Shown here: positions 16,193-26,515 of the stretch, piece by piece | How the letters are laid out: each line of letters starts with the position of its first letter | Numbering within the stretch: the stretch's first letter is position 1 | IMG/VR virus record: IMGVR_UViG_3300028591_000117 | Coordinates: 59,530-123,529 of that record | From: a virus | Lineage: Duplodnaviria > Caudoviricetes | DNA length: 64,000 nt | Direction: 5' to 3' (one strand) | The notes under the pieces: model-generated | Told to the model about the DNA's origin: nothing | Database searches by the model: none | The model's input: the letters and a program-made list of their open reading frames with translations, nothing else | Made by a program: the position numbers and the translations under genes

Positions 16193-18396
16193 TATTCACC
16201 ACCTCCATTATTACTGCTCGGCGTTGCTAATGTTGAAAAAATATCTGAAATATTTTCAATATAGGTTATATTTATGTCCATATCATCATAAGCTATTATG
16301 TTATTAGTTCCTTTAAATAAGTCTGCATCAACATTATATTCTAGGTCGATTAAATCGCTTTCTTCTAAAGGATAAATCACATCTGGAGTATTTTCTTCAG
16401 CCCATTGTTTCCATTCTGCTAATGTTGTTATTGATGACATACCAAATGAAATCCACTTAAAAGTATTTAATGTAGTTATTCTACCGTTTGCATTTACAGA
16501 TGAGTCACCCCAATAATATTTTTTAAAATGTGTGCTCATTATTCCAGTAGACATTTTCCATACTGTATTCGTAGCAACTTCCATATCTGATAGACTAAGT
16601 CTTACATTCCATCTTTCATTTGCATAATAAGCATAATTTTCAGTACCATTTAATGTTATTCTTTTCAATTTTTTATTCAGCCAGCAATGTCCATTCTTAT
16701 CAATTATGTATTTATCTTTATAATCATCTATTCCAATTATTTCATTATCTCTTAGTGGTAATGTAATTATATTTTCTTTGTAAGCTTCGTATGATGTTGC
16801 TTGAGAACCAATTTCTAATTGGTCCTGTCCTTTACTAGATGACCAATAAGAATTGCTTATTTGAAATCCAATATATCCATCTTGCTCAATTGTAAATGAG
16901 CTATCAAAACCTGTTACTCCACTTCCACGTGTTATTAAATTTTTATTTATATCATATACATACATTCTTTGCCAAGCACCTTTACGATAATATACTGTAT
17001 TTGCTTTAACAGGAATTAAGTATTTAGAATAAGTAGAAGTATTATCAGATATTTCAACACCATTATCATTAAGTATTTTCCCTGTAACTAATTTAGACTC
17101 AAATTCATTTACATCAAACATATTTTTACCAACAATTTTCTTATATATCCAATTAGTTCCGTAAGGTACATAAGGAAGAATATTATCTCCTTCTGTAAAT
17201 AAAATATCATAATATTGTGTTTTTTCACCTAATTGTACTGGGTTTGAAGCATCATTATAAATTAAAAATCTATAATACTTATAACCTGATACAGTCCAAT
17301 TTAAACTATATTCTTGATTAACTATTGGCGTATTTTCACTAATTGTTTTTATTGTTGTAAAATCTGTTCCATCATTTGAACCATATATTGTTATCTGTAT
17401 TCTTGCATAACTACCTTCTCCAGCTACTAACTTTTTAGCTTTAAATGATAATGTATAATTTTTAGTATCATCAAAACCATCAAATACGTATGTTGCACTT
17501 TGAGCACCTGTTGTTCCTATTGCTTCTAAGGTTATTGAATTATTTTCTATTTCATATTTTAAATGATTTTGAGGATAATAACCCGTAGGAGTATTTATAT
17601 CAAATAAATTTCTATAACCTGTCACAGTCTTAATCTCTTGTGGGTATGATGGGTTAGGTGAAGGACCATTAGTATATGACTCATAATCTGTAGATGTTTC
17701 TCCTTCTTCTAATTGCCAATATAAATTAAAGTTTTGATTTGTCAAATTAGGATTTATATAAAGATAAGCATAAGTATAAGTAGTATCAGAGCTCAATGTA
17801 GCAGTAATAGTAGTTATTTTAGTAGTACCTATAGCTTTCCAAGTATTTCCAAAGCTATTACTATCACTAGCATAATTTGTAGTTAATAGTCTAATTGCAA
17901 CATTTGCATTACTTATTACAGAGTCATTATCAGCTCTTACTGAAAGAGTATAGGTCTTATTAGTAGTAAGAGTAATATTATTTAGTAAAGGAATATAGTA
18001 ATTTATAGACGTACTTGCACTATCACCTTCAAAATGTATAATACCATTTTTTATAACAATATTTTTATCTTGACTAGTATATGTTCCATCTTGTAAGCTC
18101 AGTTTATTTTTTCCATTAGTTATTGCTTGTGTACTTTCTTTACTTAATTTTATTTCATGAGCTGGTACATCTATAGCATTTTCTATAGTTATATTTTTAC
18201 CAGAGGCTTCTTTTTTAGGAGAAGCCTCTTCTAAAGTTTCATATTTACTTTTTAATTTATTTATTCTTGTATTTAAAATTGTAGGATATTCTCTAAATGA
18301 GTTATTAGTTATATTAGCTCCAGTATTATTAATTGAAGTCTTTAATAACTCTTTAGTTTCATTTAAGTAAGTTAATTTTTCACTTATTGTTCCCAT
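16192..18396 (-). CDS. Tail/receptor-binding protein with repeated carbohydrate-binding-like modules
   Basis: Three G[KY].N[KLM][LF]...[LF].[EI]G...Y.[SPA]Y modules and a PSPNPSYPQEI motif. Confidence 0.7.
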   Translation of the reverse strand: MGTISEKLTYLNETKELLKTSINNTGANITNNSFREYPTILNTRINKLKSKYETLEEASPKKEASGKNITIENAIDVPAHEIKLSKESTQAITNGKNKLSLQDGTYTSQDKNIVIKNGIIHFEGDSASTSINYYIPLLNNITLTTNKTYTLSVRADNDSVISNANVAIRLLTTNYASDSNSFGNTWKAIGTTKITTITATLSSDTTYTYAYLYINPNLTNQNFNLYWQLEEGETSTDYESYTNGPSPNPSYPQEIKTVTGYRNLFDINTPTGYYPQNHLKYEIENNSITLEAIGTTGAQSATYVFDGFDDTKNYTLSFKAKKLVAGEGSYARIQITIYGSNDGTDFTTIKTISENTPIVNQEYSLNWTVSGYKYYRFLIYNDASNPVQLGEKTQYYDILFTEGDNILPYVPYGTNWIYKKIVGKNMFDVNEFESKLVTGKILNDNGVEISDNTSTYSKYLIPVKANTVYYRKGAWQRMYVYDINKNLITRGSGVTGFDSSFTIEQDGYIGFQISNSYWSSSKGQDQLEIGSQATSYEAYKENIITLPLRDNEIIGIDDYKDKYIIDKNGHCWLNKKLKRITLNGTENYAYYANERWNVRLSLSDMEVATNTVWKMSTGIMSTHFKKYYWGDSSVNANGRITTLNTFKWISFGMSSITTLAEWKQWAEENTPDVIYPLEESDLIDLEYNVDADLFKGTNNIIAYDDMDINITYIENISDIFSTLATPSSNNGGGE

Positions 18397-18407
18397 AATT
18401 TACCTCC

Positions 18408-21400
18408 TTAAATACTTTCACCATTTATAGCATCAAGAACTGTTCCTATATCTCCAATAGCAGCACTTATACTGTCATCAACATATTTTTTAGCCGTTAG
18501 TTGAGTATTGTTTGTTGGAGCTGTATATGAACTTACTTTAGGTATGTCTACAAATATTTTTTCACCTCTAAAAGTTTGAGAATAAACAGTCAACATACTA
18601 GCTGCGTAATAGTTATCATAGTAATTCATTACATATTTAGTTCCATTATAGGTTACTACAAATTGTTTTAATGAACCAGCACCATCTAAGAAAGTTCCAA
18701 CAGCGTATACTTTAGATGTATCTGGATTTTCTGCAGTTACTTTATTATTTATTATAAATGAAACAACAGTTCCATTACTACCACCACCAGTATCATCAGA
18801 TAAGAATTTATACATAAAGTTTATTCTATTAGTATTTGTTGGATAGTAAACACCAACATCTTTACCTTCAAACAAGAATTCTTGTCTTGCATCAAAGTAA
18901 TTAACACTAGCGCCACTAGGAATAGCTGATATACTATCATCAACATATTTTTTAGCAGCTAACTGAGTATCTTGTGTTGGAGCTGTATATGAGCTTAGTT
19001 TTGGTATTGAATAAAATGTTTTTACACCAAGATATTCTTGGTTTCCATTAGATATAGCTGTAAATAGTGTAGTTTCTCTTGGTTGTATATTTACTGTACT
19101 TGATGTTTTTACACAAGCTCCTCTGTATATTACACCAGTTGAAGACTGAATAGAGAAAGTATAACCAAGAACTTCATTTTCATTAATATTTTCAAAATCA
19201 TCTTTTAATATTATATAAAACATGTAAGCTGTTTCAAATTCAATGTTTTTAACAGTTTCAGCTTCATAACCTTTAAAATAAAAGCTAGTTACATTATTGT
19301 AAATTATATGATAAATTCCTTTTTTCTTTCCTTCAAAGACAAATGGTTCACTCTGTGATACAACACAAGTTTCTGTTGCACAATCACCACTCATACTTGC
19401 AACTAAGTCATCAACATATTTCTTTGCTGTTAATTGTGTATCTTGTGTTGGAGCGGTATATGAACTAACTTGTGGGATTGAACTAAATGTTTTAACACCA
19501 GTAATTTCTTGATTATTATATGTTATTAATCCACCTTGTAATCCAGCAGGAGCACCTATTGTTAATACTGTAGATGTTGATTTTCTTACATCAATATATG
19601 TTATTCCACCATTACTATTATTAATTGCATATCCTTTTCCAAATACTTCATTTACTTCTGCATCATCAAAATTTTTATATATAACAAGAAATAATATATG
19701 TAATCCTAAATTTCGAGGATTGGTTAGAGACTCTTTATTATCATAATAATAGAAATAATTTATATTATAATACTCATATTTAGGAATATAAATTCCTGGT
19801 TCTTTAGTAAAAGCATTAAATGGACTTGTACTAGAATACTCAGTAAGTTCATAACCTATAGAAAAATTATTTTGATTTACTAAATCCCATACAGCCTTTG
19901 CACTAGCATACTGTGTATCTGTACTCGTACTATCTATTGTTGTTACTTTATTAGCAACATCTTCTTTTAAAGTATCTCGGTCATCAACATATTTTTTAGC
20001 AGTTAACTGCATATTATTAGTTGGAGCTGTGTATGAACTAACTTGTGGGATTGAACTAAATGTTTTAACACCAGTAAAATTTTGTCTATCTCTTGTTACA
20101 AATGATATACCAATACTTTGGTATCTACCATAATTATCAAGTTTAATAAAGCCATCGCTATCTTTCAATATTAAACGATAGTCTATACCACCAAAGGCTG
20201 TTGCACCAGGGTCATATCCAAGTACAGCATATACTACCCCAATAGTATCTCCAACTTGTGCATCATTAATATCTTTTTCTATAATAATAAATAAGCAGTC
20301 AAGTCCCCATAAAGATTGAACAGAAGAAGACTCACTTTTTTTATAATAAAAATCACCAGTTCTACTACTATAAGAATTTTCAAAAGACAAATTTACATAA
20401 ATACCAGGTAATTTTCCATCAAAAATAAACGGATTTTTATTATCATTTGTAAATGTTTGAATATTTTTTCCTTTTGTTTTTATTAAATCGAAAACAGCTT
20501 TAGCACTTGGATATTGGTCATCTGTACTCTGGTCATCTAAACTAGTTACTTTATTAGCTATATCTTCTTTTAATGCATCTTGGTCATCAACGTATTTCTT
20601 TGGAGTTAATTGAACATCTTGTGTTGGAGCTGCATAAGTATGTAGCTCAGGAATAACTCCAAATAATTTTTTTCCTCCAATATATTGTTGTACTGATGTA
20701 AGATATCTAAAATCAGCATGTTCAGCAACACCAACTATAAGCTCATCTACATCAGGTTTTTTAGAAATTCTTGTAAATAAAAATCTATCTCCTGTATCAA
20801 CACTTCCTGAAGTTGCTTGTATTCTATAACCAAGTCCCCAACCCATAGTACCTGAGCCTTCAGCAATAATTTCATCATAAGTTTTAGTAATAGCTAAATA
20901 AAGAATATACTCTGAAGTTGTGCTCGTAGCTCCAGTTGATTTTTTTGAGATATATTTAAATGTTCTATTTTTTCCATTTGGTATATATACTCCTCTAGGA
21001 GCTGTAAATAAATTTATAACTGTATTGTTATCGAACATATAAACATTATCATAAGGTAAATCAAATACTGCTTTAGCACTAGGATATTCATCATCTGTTG
21101 ATAAAGCTGATAAACTAGTTACTTTATTAGCTATATCTTCTTTTAAAGCGTCTTTGTCGTCAACATATTTCTTATTAGTAAATTCAGCATCATTTGTAGG
21201 AGCTGTTGTATCTGACTGTTTTGGTATTGAATTGAATGTTTTAACTCCTCTAATATTTTGAGATTGAGAGTTAAGAGCTATCTCATCATAAGTTTTAGAA
21301 TATGTTATAGATAGGCTTTGATTTTCATAAGATATTCCTATAATTTTTCTATAATACTGAGCGTTACCACTAGTTCTGTCAACACCTATAAAGTAACAAA

Positions 21401-23144
21401 ATATTCCATTACTAGAACTATCTGTCCACTCTGAAGCTTCTTTTACTATTAGTATTATATGTGGGGTAAACTGTGTTTGAAGTCTTTCTATTCTACCTGA
21501 TGGAAGTTTAAAATAAATATATTGAGTACCTATATTAGGACTATTATTAAAATAAATACCCTTTTTTAAGTTAACAAGGTCTAGTGCATTTTGAGACTCG
21601 ACAGCGTCAGCAGAGTCTAGTGGACTTGGTACTGTAAAGACAGTTTGATTTTCTAGCTCTTTACCTTTAATAACATTTTCAAGTGTTCCTTTAGAAATAA
21701 ACTTATTAGTATTTGAAGCAACATAATTTTCATAACTTAGTTCTTTACAAAATAATTGTCCATTAGCATTAACTTGCGTTCCATAAGAGTCTGCTGATTT
21801 TATTACACCACCAGTATTAGTTGAAGCATAATCAGTTGACTGTATAGCACTATCAGCTAAATCTAAACTATCTTGTACATTTTGTTCTAAATCAGTTTTA
21901 GGTATTCCTGTACTTGGTTTATCATATTTTGCATTCCAATTTGTTTTATCAGTACTACTTACAAATTTGTTTGTGTTATTAGTATCATCAACTAAATCAC
22001 TACTTAACTTATGTGAACTATCTATTTTAGTTTGATATCCACTTAAATCAACTGTTCCAGCTAAAACATCCCAGTCTTCTCCACTCCAAGCAACATTATC
22101 TCCTGCTTTTATATTATGAGTGTCATCAGCTGTTTCTATATTATAAACATCACCTACAGTTAATTCACTTCTAGGTAAATCATTATAAGAATGAACAGTT
22201 CCTTTATATTTATAAACTGAAAATATTTTACTATCTACTGTAGATTTATCATAGTAATTTACTAAATCATCTACAGTATTATCAATATAGTTCATATCAT
22301 TATCAAGTTCACTAACTACAGTTGGAATTTCAGTTTTATCTGCTTTAGTATTACTTAAATTTGTTATACTACTTTCTAGCTCAGAGTCTTTAGTTTTTAA
22401 ATTAGATATATCACCTTCAAGTTTAGTATCTTCATCTTGTAGGTCACTAATATTTTCATCTAATTCTTGCTTAGTACTATTTATTTTAGTATCTAAAGTC
22501 GTAGCTGTAGTATCTATCTTATTATTTAATCTAGTGGCTTCAGTATCAACTTTTGTATCTAAAGTTTCTATTTCTCCATCTAGTTCTTGCTTAGTACTAT
22601 CTATTTTAGTATCTAAAGTTGTAGAAACATTATCTATATTACTATTTAATTCATCTTTAGTTGTATCTATCTTAGTATCTAAAGTCGTAGCTGTAGTATC
22701 AACTTTTGTATCTAGTGTAGTAATTTTATTATCTAAAGTTTCTAATTCTCCGTCAATTTCACTTTTACTATTATCTATTTTAGTATCTAGTCTAGTAACT
22801 TCAGTATCAACTTTAGTATTTAAAGTACTTATATCTTCATCAGTTTCACTTTTATTTGCATCTATTTTAGTATTTAATGTAGTAACTTCATTATCAACTT
22901 TTGTATTTAATGTAGTAACTTCAGTGTCTATCTTTGTATCTAAAGTCGTAGCTGTATTATCTATTTTAGTATCTAATCTAGTAACTTCAGTATCAACCTT
23001 AGTATCTAAAATATCTATAGTATTATTTAATTCATCTTTAGTATTATTAATTTTAGTATCTAGAGTTTCTGCAGCATTATTAACAGTTTCTTTAACTTTT
23101 TCTGTATAATGCGTTAATCCTCTAATATCTAAATATTTTTTCAT
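18408..23144 (-). CDS. Long tail fibre: 11-residue coiled-coil repeats followed by six repeated modules
   Basis: TLDTKIDTEVT-type repeats in the first ~260 aa; six Q..GVKTF.SIP....APT...QLT.KKYVDD spacers. Confidence 0.8.
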   Translation of the reverse strand: MKKYLDIRGLTHYTEKVKETVNNAAETLDTKINNTKDELNNTIDILDTKVDTEVTRLDTKIDNTATTLDTKIDTEVTTLNTKVDNEVTTLNTKIDANKSETDEDISTLNTKVDTEVTRLDTKIDNSKSEIDGELETLDNKITTLDTKVDTTATTLDTKIDTTKDELNSNIDNVSTTLDTKIDSTKQELDGEIETLDTKVDTEATRLNNKIDTTATTLDTKINSTKQELDENISDLQDEDTKLEGDISNLKTKDSELESSITNLSNTKADKTEIPTVVSELDNDMNYIDNTVDDLVNYYDKSTVDSKIFSVYKYKGTVHSYNDLPRSELTVGDVYNIETADDTHNIKAGDNVAWSGEDWDVLAGTVDLSGYQTKIDSSHKLSSDLVDDTNNTNKFVSSTDKTNWNAKYDKPSTGIPKTDLEQNVQDSLDLADSAIQSTDYASTNTGGVIKSADSYGTQVNANGQLFCKELSYENYVASNTNKFISKGTLENVIKGKELENQTVFTVPSPLDSADAVESQNALDLVNLKKGIYFNNSPNIGTQYIYFKLPSGRIERLQTQFTPHIILIVKEASEWTDSSSNGIFCYFIGVDRTSGNAQYYRKIIGISYENQSLSITYSKTYDEIALNSQSQNIRGVKTFNSIPKQSDTTAPTNDAEFTNKKYVDDKDALKEDIANKVTSLSALSTDDEYPSAKAVFDLPYDNVYMFDNNTVINLFTAPRGVYIPNGKNRTFKYISKKSTGATSTTSEYILYLAITKTYDEIIAEGSGTMGWGLGYRIQATSGSVDTGDRFLFTRISKKPDVDELIVGVAEHADFRYLTSVQQYIGGKKLFGVIPELHTYAAPTQDVQLTPKKYVDDQDALKEDIANKVTSLDDQSTDDQYPSAKAVFDLIKTKGKNIQTFTNDNKNPFIFDGKLPGIYVNLSFENSYSSRTGDFYYKKSESSSVQSLWGLDCLFIIIEKDINDAQVGDTIGVVYAVLGYDPGATAFGGIDYRLILKDSDGFIKLDNYGRYQSIGISFVTRDRQNFTGVKTFSSIPQVSSYTAPTNNMQLTAKKYVDDRDTLKEDVANKVTTIDSTSTDTQYASAKAVWDLVNQNNFSIGYELTEYSSTSPFNAFTKEPGIYIPKYEYYNINYFYYYDNKESLTNPRNLGLHILFLVIYKNFDDAEVNEVFGKGYAINNSNGGITYIDVRKSTSTVLTIGAPAGLQGGLITYNNQEITGVKTFSSIPQVSSYTAPTQDTQLTAKKYVDDLVASMSGDCATETCVVSQSEPFVFEGKKKGIYHIIYNNVTSFYFKGYEAETVKNIEFETAYMFYIILKDDFENINENEVLGYTFSIQSSTGVIYRGACVKTSSTVNIQPRETTLFTAISNGNQEYLGVKTFYSIPKLSSYTAPTQDTQLAAKKYVDDSISAIPSGASVNYFDARQEFLFEGKDVGVYYPTNTNRINFMYKFLSDDTGGGSNGTVVSFIINNKVTAENPDTSKVYAVGTFLDGAGSLKQFVVTYNGTKYVMNYYDNYYAASMLTVYSQTFRGEKIFVDIPKVSSYTAPTNNTQLTAKKYVDDSISAAIGDIGTVLDAINGESI
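19459..20077. repeat. Identical 46-bp direct repeat (19459-19504 and 20032-20077)
   Basis: tatgaactaacttgtgggattgaactaaatgttttaacaccagtaa twice, 573 nt apart. Confidence 0.85.
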
Positions 23145-23162
23145 TATTTTCCTCCTTTCACA

Positions 23163-23774
23163 CTACTCAAATAAGTCATCGATATCCCAATCACTTATTC
23201 TATCCATTTGCTCTTGTATTCCAAGTTCATCTAAATATTTACTTCCAATTAAAGTAACATCATTTATTTTAGGTAACTCAGTAAGATTTTCATAGCTCAT
23301 TGTACCAGTACCGTCTAGGTATAAAACTGTTACATTTATTGGTACAATTGTTGTATCATAATCTTGTTTATTAAGTATAACATTAATAACATATTGCTGA
23401 GTAGTACTTTTAAGCTCTTCAATATTTAAAGCTTTAATTGAAATAATCTTATCTTCTATAGATACATCTAGATAATTTAATACATCATCAGAAACAATAT
23501 CTATAGAAGTATATTGGTCTACTTTTAAATCAACTTTAGTAGTTCCACCAGCAGTTACAACTTGAATACAAGGAGTTTCATATTTAATAAGTCTTGTCTT
23601 CTTTTTTGTAAGCTCTAAACTAATTCCATCAAGCTCATTATCTATATCAAATAAACTTTTTAGAGTAGTTGATAAATCTTTAGACCTATTTACAAAGTCA
23701 TTTATTAATGCTCTCTCACTTTGGTCTACATGAGTAATAACTATTTTTTTACTACTTTTAAGTAATGCTCTCAT
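23163..23774 (-). CDS. Hypothetical structural protein
   Basis: C-terminal YENLTELPKINDVTLIGSK.LDELGIQ fibre-type motif. Confidence 0.7.
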   Translation of the reverse strand: MRALLKSSKKIVITHVDQSERALINDFVNRSKDLSTTLKSLFDIDNELDGISLELTKKKTRLIKYETPCIQVVTAGGTTKVDLKVDQYTSIDIVSDDVLNYLDVSIEDKIISIKALNIEELKSTTQQYVINVILNKQDYDTTIVPINVTVLYLDGTGTMSYENLTELPKINDVTLIGSKYLDELGIQEQMDRISDWDIDDLFE

Positions 23775-23791
23775 TTAATTACCTCCTTATA

Positions 23792-24418
23792 TTATTTTTT
23801 GTCCATATTTAATATGTTCTCTTCAATAAATGCAGCGAGTCTTAAAAGTTCATGGTCATTTTTAATAAATTTAGTTTTATCTAGCCATTGAACTTCAATA
23901 AAACCTACAGGCTCTTTTAAACTATTCATTATAACAACATTTGTATAAGCTTTAATACCTTGAGATATCTTCATATTATAAGTTGCAGGCATTACCTCTT
24001 TAATAGCTGTAATATCTCTAACATCAACAATAGAATTATCTAATATACTAGCAATATATCTAGGCATTATTGAGATAGGTACTGACATACTTTCTCTTTG
24101 AATTGAATTTATACCAATTCTACATATCTCATAAGTACAAGAAACTTTAAGAGCTGAACGACCATTAGCATAGTGTTCACCATTATGGAATTCATATACA
24201 TGAACTCTATCTGCATTCATTATTTCTTTAACTTCTTCCATTCTGTTTAGTATCTTAATATCTAGTTGTGATTGTTTTGGAACTTTATTACTTACAGAAC
24301 CTTGCCAATTTTTTAAAAATCGGTCAATGTGTTGTTTACAAACTTTATAACAAATATAAGCACCTGCGAGAAATGTTCCGACGGCGGTAGCAATTGCTTC
24401 AATGTTTATTCCATTCAT
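23792..24418 (-). CDS. Single-TM protein with a GAF-like domain (T4 holin T-like architecture)
   Basis: N-terminal TM segment; ADRVHVYEFHNG...SCTYE...GIKAY...PVGFIEV...LLRLA pattern. Confidence 0.55.
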   Translation of the reverse strand: MNGINIEAIATAVGTFLAGAYICYKVCKQHIDRFLKNWQGSVSNKVPKQSQLDIKILNRMEEVKEIMNADRVHVYEFHNGEHYANGRSALKVSCTYEICRIGINSIQRESMSVPISIMPRYIASILDNSIVDVRDITAIKEVMPATYNMKISQGIKAYTNVVIMNSLKEPVGFIEVQWLDKTKFIKNDHELLRLAAFIEENILNMDKK

Positions 24419-24452
24419 TTTATTGCTCCTTCCTTCATTTATCTCTCATAAT

Positions 24453-24488
24453 AATATATAAATAAAAAGCAGATAAATTATCTGCTTT
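24453..24488 (-). terminator. Terminator followed by TTATATATT motif
   Basis: AAAGCAGATAA-T-TTATCTGCTTTTT then ATTTATATATT. Confidence 0.75.
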
Positions 24489-26283
24489 ATATTATCTCTA
24501 TTCCATTAAATTTCATACCAATAACTTCTTTTCCATTTAATCTGGCTGAGTCTGACATTTTACCATTAAATTTAAAACCACCTTTTGTTTTAAATGTTAA
24601 TGTATATTCACTAGATGTTCTTGACCAGTTATCAGTTACAGTTATTTTAGCTGTATAATTTTTTCCTGGCTTTAATATATCTCCTGTTGCTTTTGAGTTA
24701 GTAGTACTAGTTAATGTATTTGTTAATGTATTATTTAAATATAGTTTAATAGTCATACTAGAAATACGTGCATTAGTATCAAAGCTACTAGTTATAGATA
24801 TTGTAGCTGACTTTGACTTTATATTAGTAACAGTTCCAGATGAAATTGTTGGATTATTTCCTGTAGTAGTATCATTACCAGTATACCAACTTGATGTTCT
24901 ACTTTGATTATCTGTTACCTTAACTCTAAAATAGTAGTTTGTATTAGGAGATAAGTTTGAAATAGTATTTCCTGTAGTTGAACTTCCATAACTTGTACTT
25001 GTACCATATTCAATTGTTTGAGAACTAAAACTTGCATTAGTATCATAAGAAACACTAGGACTTACAGTAATAGATGTTCTTGACTTACTAACAGAAACAC
25101 TATTTATTGTTGGAGCATTACCTGAAGTTTTAAAACTTCCAGTACTCCAACTTGATGTTCTACTAAAGTTATCAGTAACTCTAACTCTATAATAATATGT
25201 TGTATTAGGAGTTAAATTTGATATACTAGTTCCTGTAGTTGAACTTCCATAGTTTGTACTTGTACCATACTGAATTTCTCTAGAGCTAAAACTTGCATTA
25301 GTATCATAAGAAGCTGAAATACTAAAAGTACAACCAGTTCTAGTTTGAGTTGTTGACTTAGCAGTGATACTAGGAGCATTACCTGTAGTTCTAAAACTAT
25401 TTGTATAAGTTGAAGTTCTTCCTTGAGTACTTGTAGCAGTAATCTTATAGTAATAAACTGTATTTGCAGATAAACCTGAAATTGAATTACTTGTAGTTGA
25501 ACTTCCATAACTTGTAGTTGTACCATAATCTATCTTTTCACTTGATTTACTATCATTAGTATCATAAGTAACTATATATGAAAAAGTACATTCTGTTCTA
25601 GTTTGACTATGCACTACTCCAGTAATACTAGGAGCATTACCTAAAGTTTTAAAACTTCCAGTAGCTGATGCAGAATATCCAGCAGTATTTTGAACTGTAT
25701 ACTTATAATAATATGTTGTATTAGGAGTAAGTCCTGATAACTCATTTCCACCTTGTCCATAACTTGTTGAAGTACCCCAGTCCCAGGCATAACCAGCATA
25801 TTCAGCATAATCTCCTATAGAGCTATAACCTCCAGACAATAAAGCTGATGTTCTAGTTACATTTGAATGACTAGCCCAAACTCCAGAAGGAGCTGTTGGT
25901 ACAGGTAAATCAGTTACAGTTAATTTTACAGAACCTGCTTGACTACTAGGATTATAATAATTCTGGTTAACTCCAATAGTTATTTGAAATGAAGTATCAT
26001 TATTTCCAATAGTAAATGATTGTGTTTCTTCACCACCATAATATTTAGTACCTTTAGTAGTATGTGTTCCAGAAGAACCTTGGAATGCTGTATGTTTCTT
26101 TCCATTATACCATAAACAAATACTATTTTCAGAATAATAACCAGAAGTTGGATTATAACCATATATATTATAAGTTAATGTTATAGTATTTCCTGAACGT
26201 GTACAAGATGATATTGTTCCTCCAACATAAAGTGTGACATTTGAATAGGAGCTCGCATTGGCTTCTCCTGTAAAACTTGCCAT
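24487..26283 (-). CDS. Virion protein with five fibronectin type III domains
   Basis: ~86-aa repeats YGTSTSYG...ISNL.PNT.YY.RV. Confidence 0.85.
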   Translation of the reverse strand: MASFTGEANASSYSNVTLYVGGTISSCTRSGNTITLTYNIYGYNPTSGYYSENSICLWYNGKKHTAFQGSSGTHTTKGTKYYGGEETQSFTIGNNDTSFQITIGVNQNYYNPSSQAGSVKLTVTDLPVPTAPSGVWASHSNVTRTSALLSGGYSSIGDYAEYAGYAWDWGTSTSYGQGGNELSGLTPNTTYYYKYTVQNTAGYSASATGSFKTLGNAPSITGVVHSQTRTECTFSYIVTYDTNDSKSSEKIDYGTTTSYGSSTTSNSISGLSANTVYYYKITATSTQGRTSTYTNSFRTTGNAPSITAKSTTQTRTGCTFSISASYDTNASFSSREIQYGTSTNYGSSTTGTSISNLTPNTTYYYRVRVTDNFSRTSSWSTGSFKTSGNAPTINSVSVSKSRTSITVSPSVSYDTNASFSSQTIEYGTSTSYGSSTTGNTISNLSPNTNYYFRVKVTDNQSRTSSWYTGNDTTTGNNPTISSGTVTNIKSKSATISITSSFDTNARISSMTIKLYLNNTLTNTLTSTTNSKATGDILKPGKNYTAKITVTDNWSRTSSEYTLTFKTKGGFKFNGKMSDSARLNGKEVIGMKFNGIEII

Positions 26284-26298
26284 CTATACCACCTCCTA

Positions 26299-26505
26299 TT
26301 AACTTTCTAATTTTATATATAATACTCCATTTTCTTCTGTAGTTGGATAATCATTTACTATTCTTATCTCTTTAACAGTTGATGAAGATACTTTAGTATT
26401 ATTTAAATTAGATATATCAGACGTATTTTGATTAGTATCAGATATTGCTTGTTCTACCTCATCAATATCTAATATAGTTTTTCCATTAAATTCTATTTTA
26501 TTCAT
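26299..26505 (-). CDS. Small fibre-associated protein
   Basis: C-terminal YPTTEENGVLYIK motif; RBS AGGAGG. Confidence 0.65.
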   Translation of the reverse strand: MNKIEFNGKTILDIDEVEQAISDTNQNTSDISNLNNTKVSSSTVKEIRIVNDYPTTEENGVLYIKLES

Positions 26506-26515
26506 ATCTTACCTC

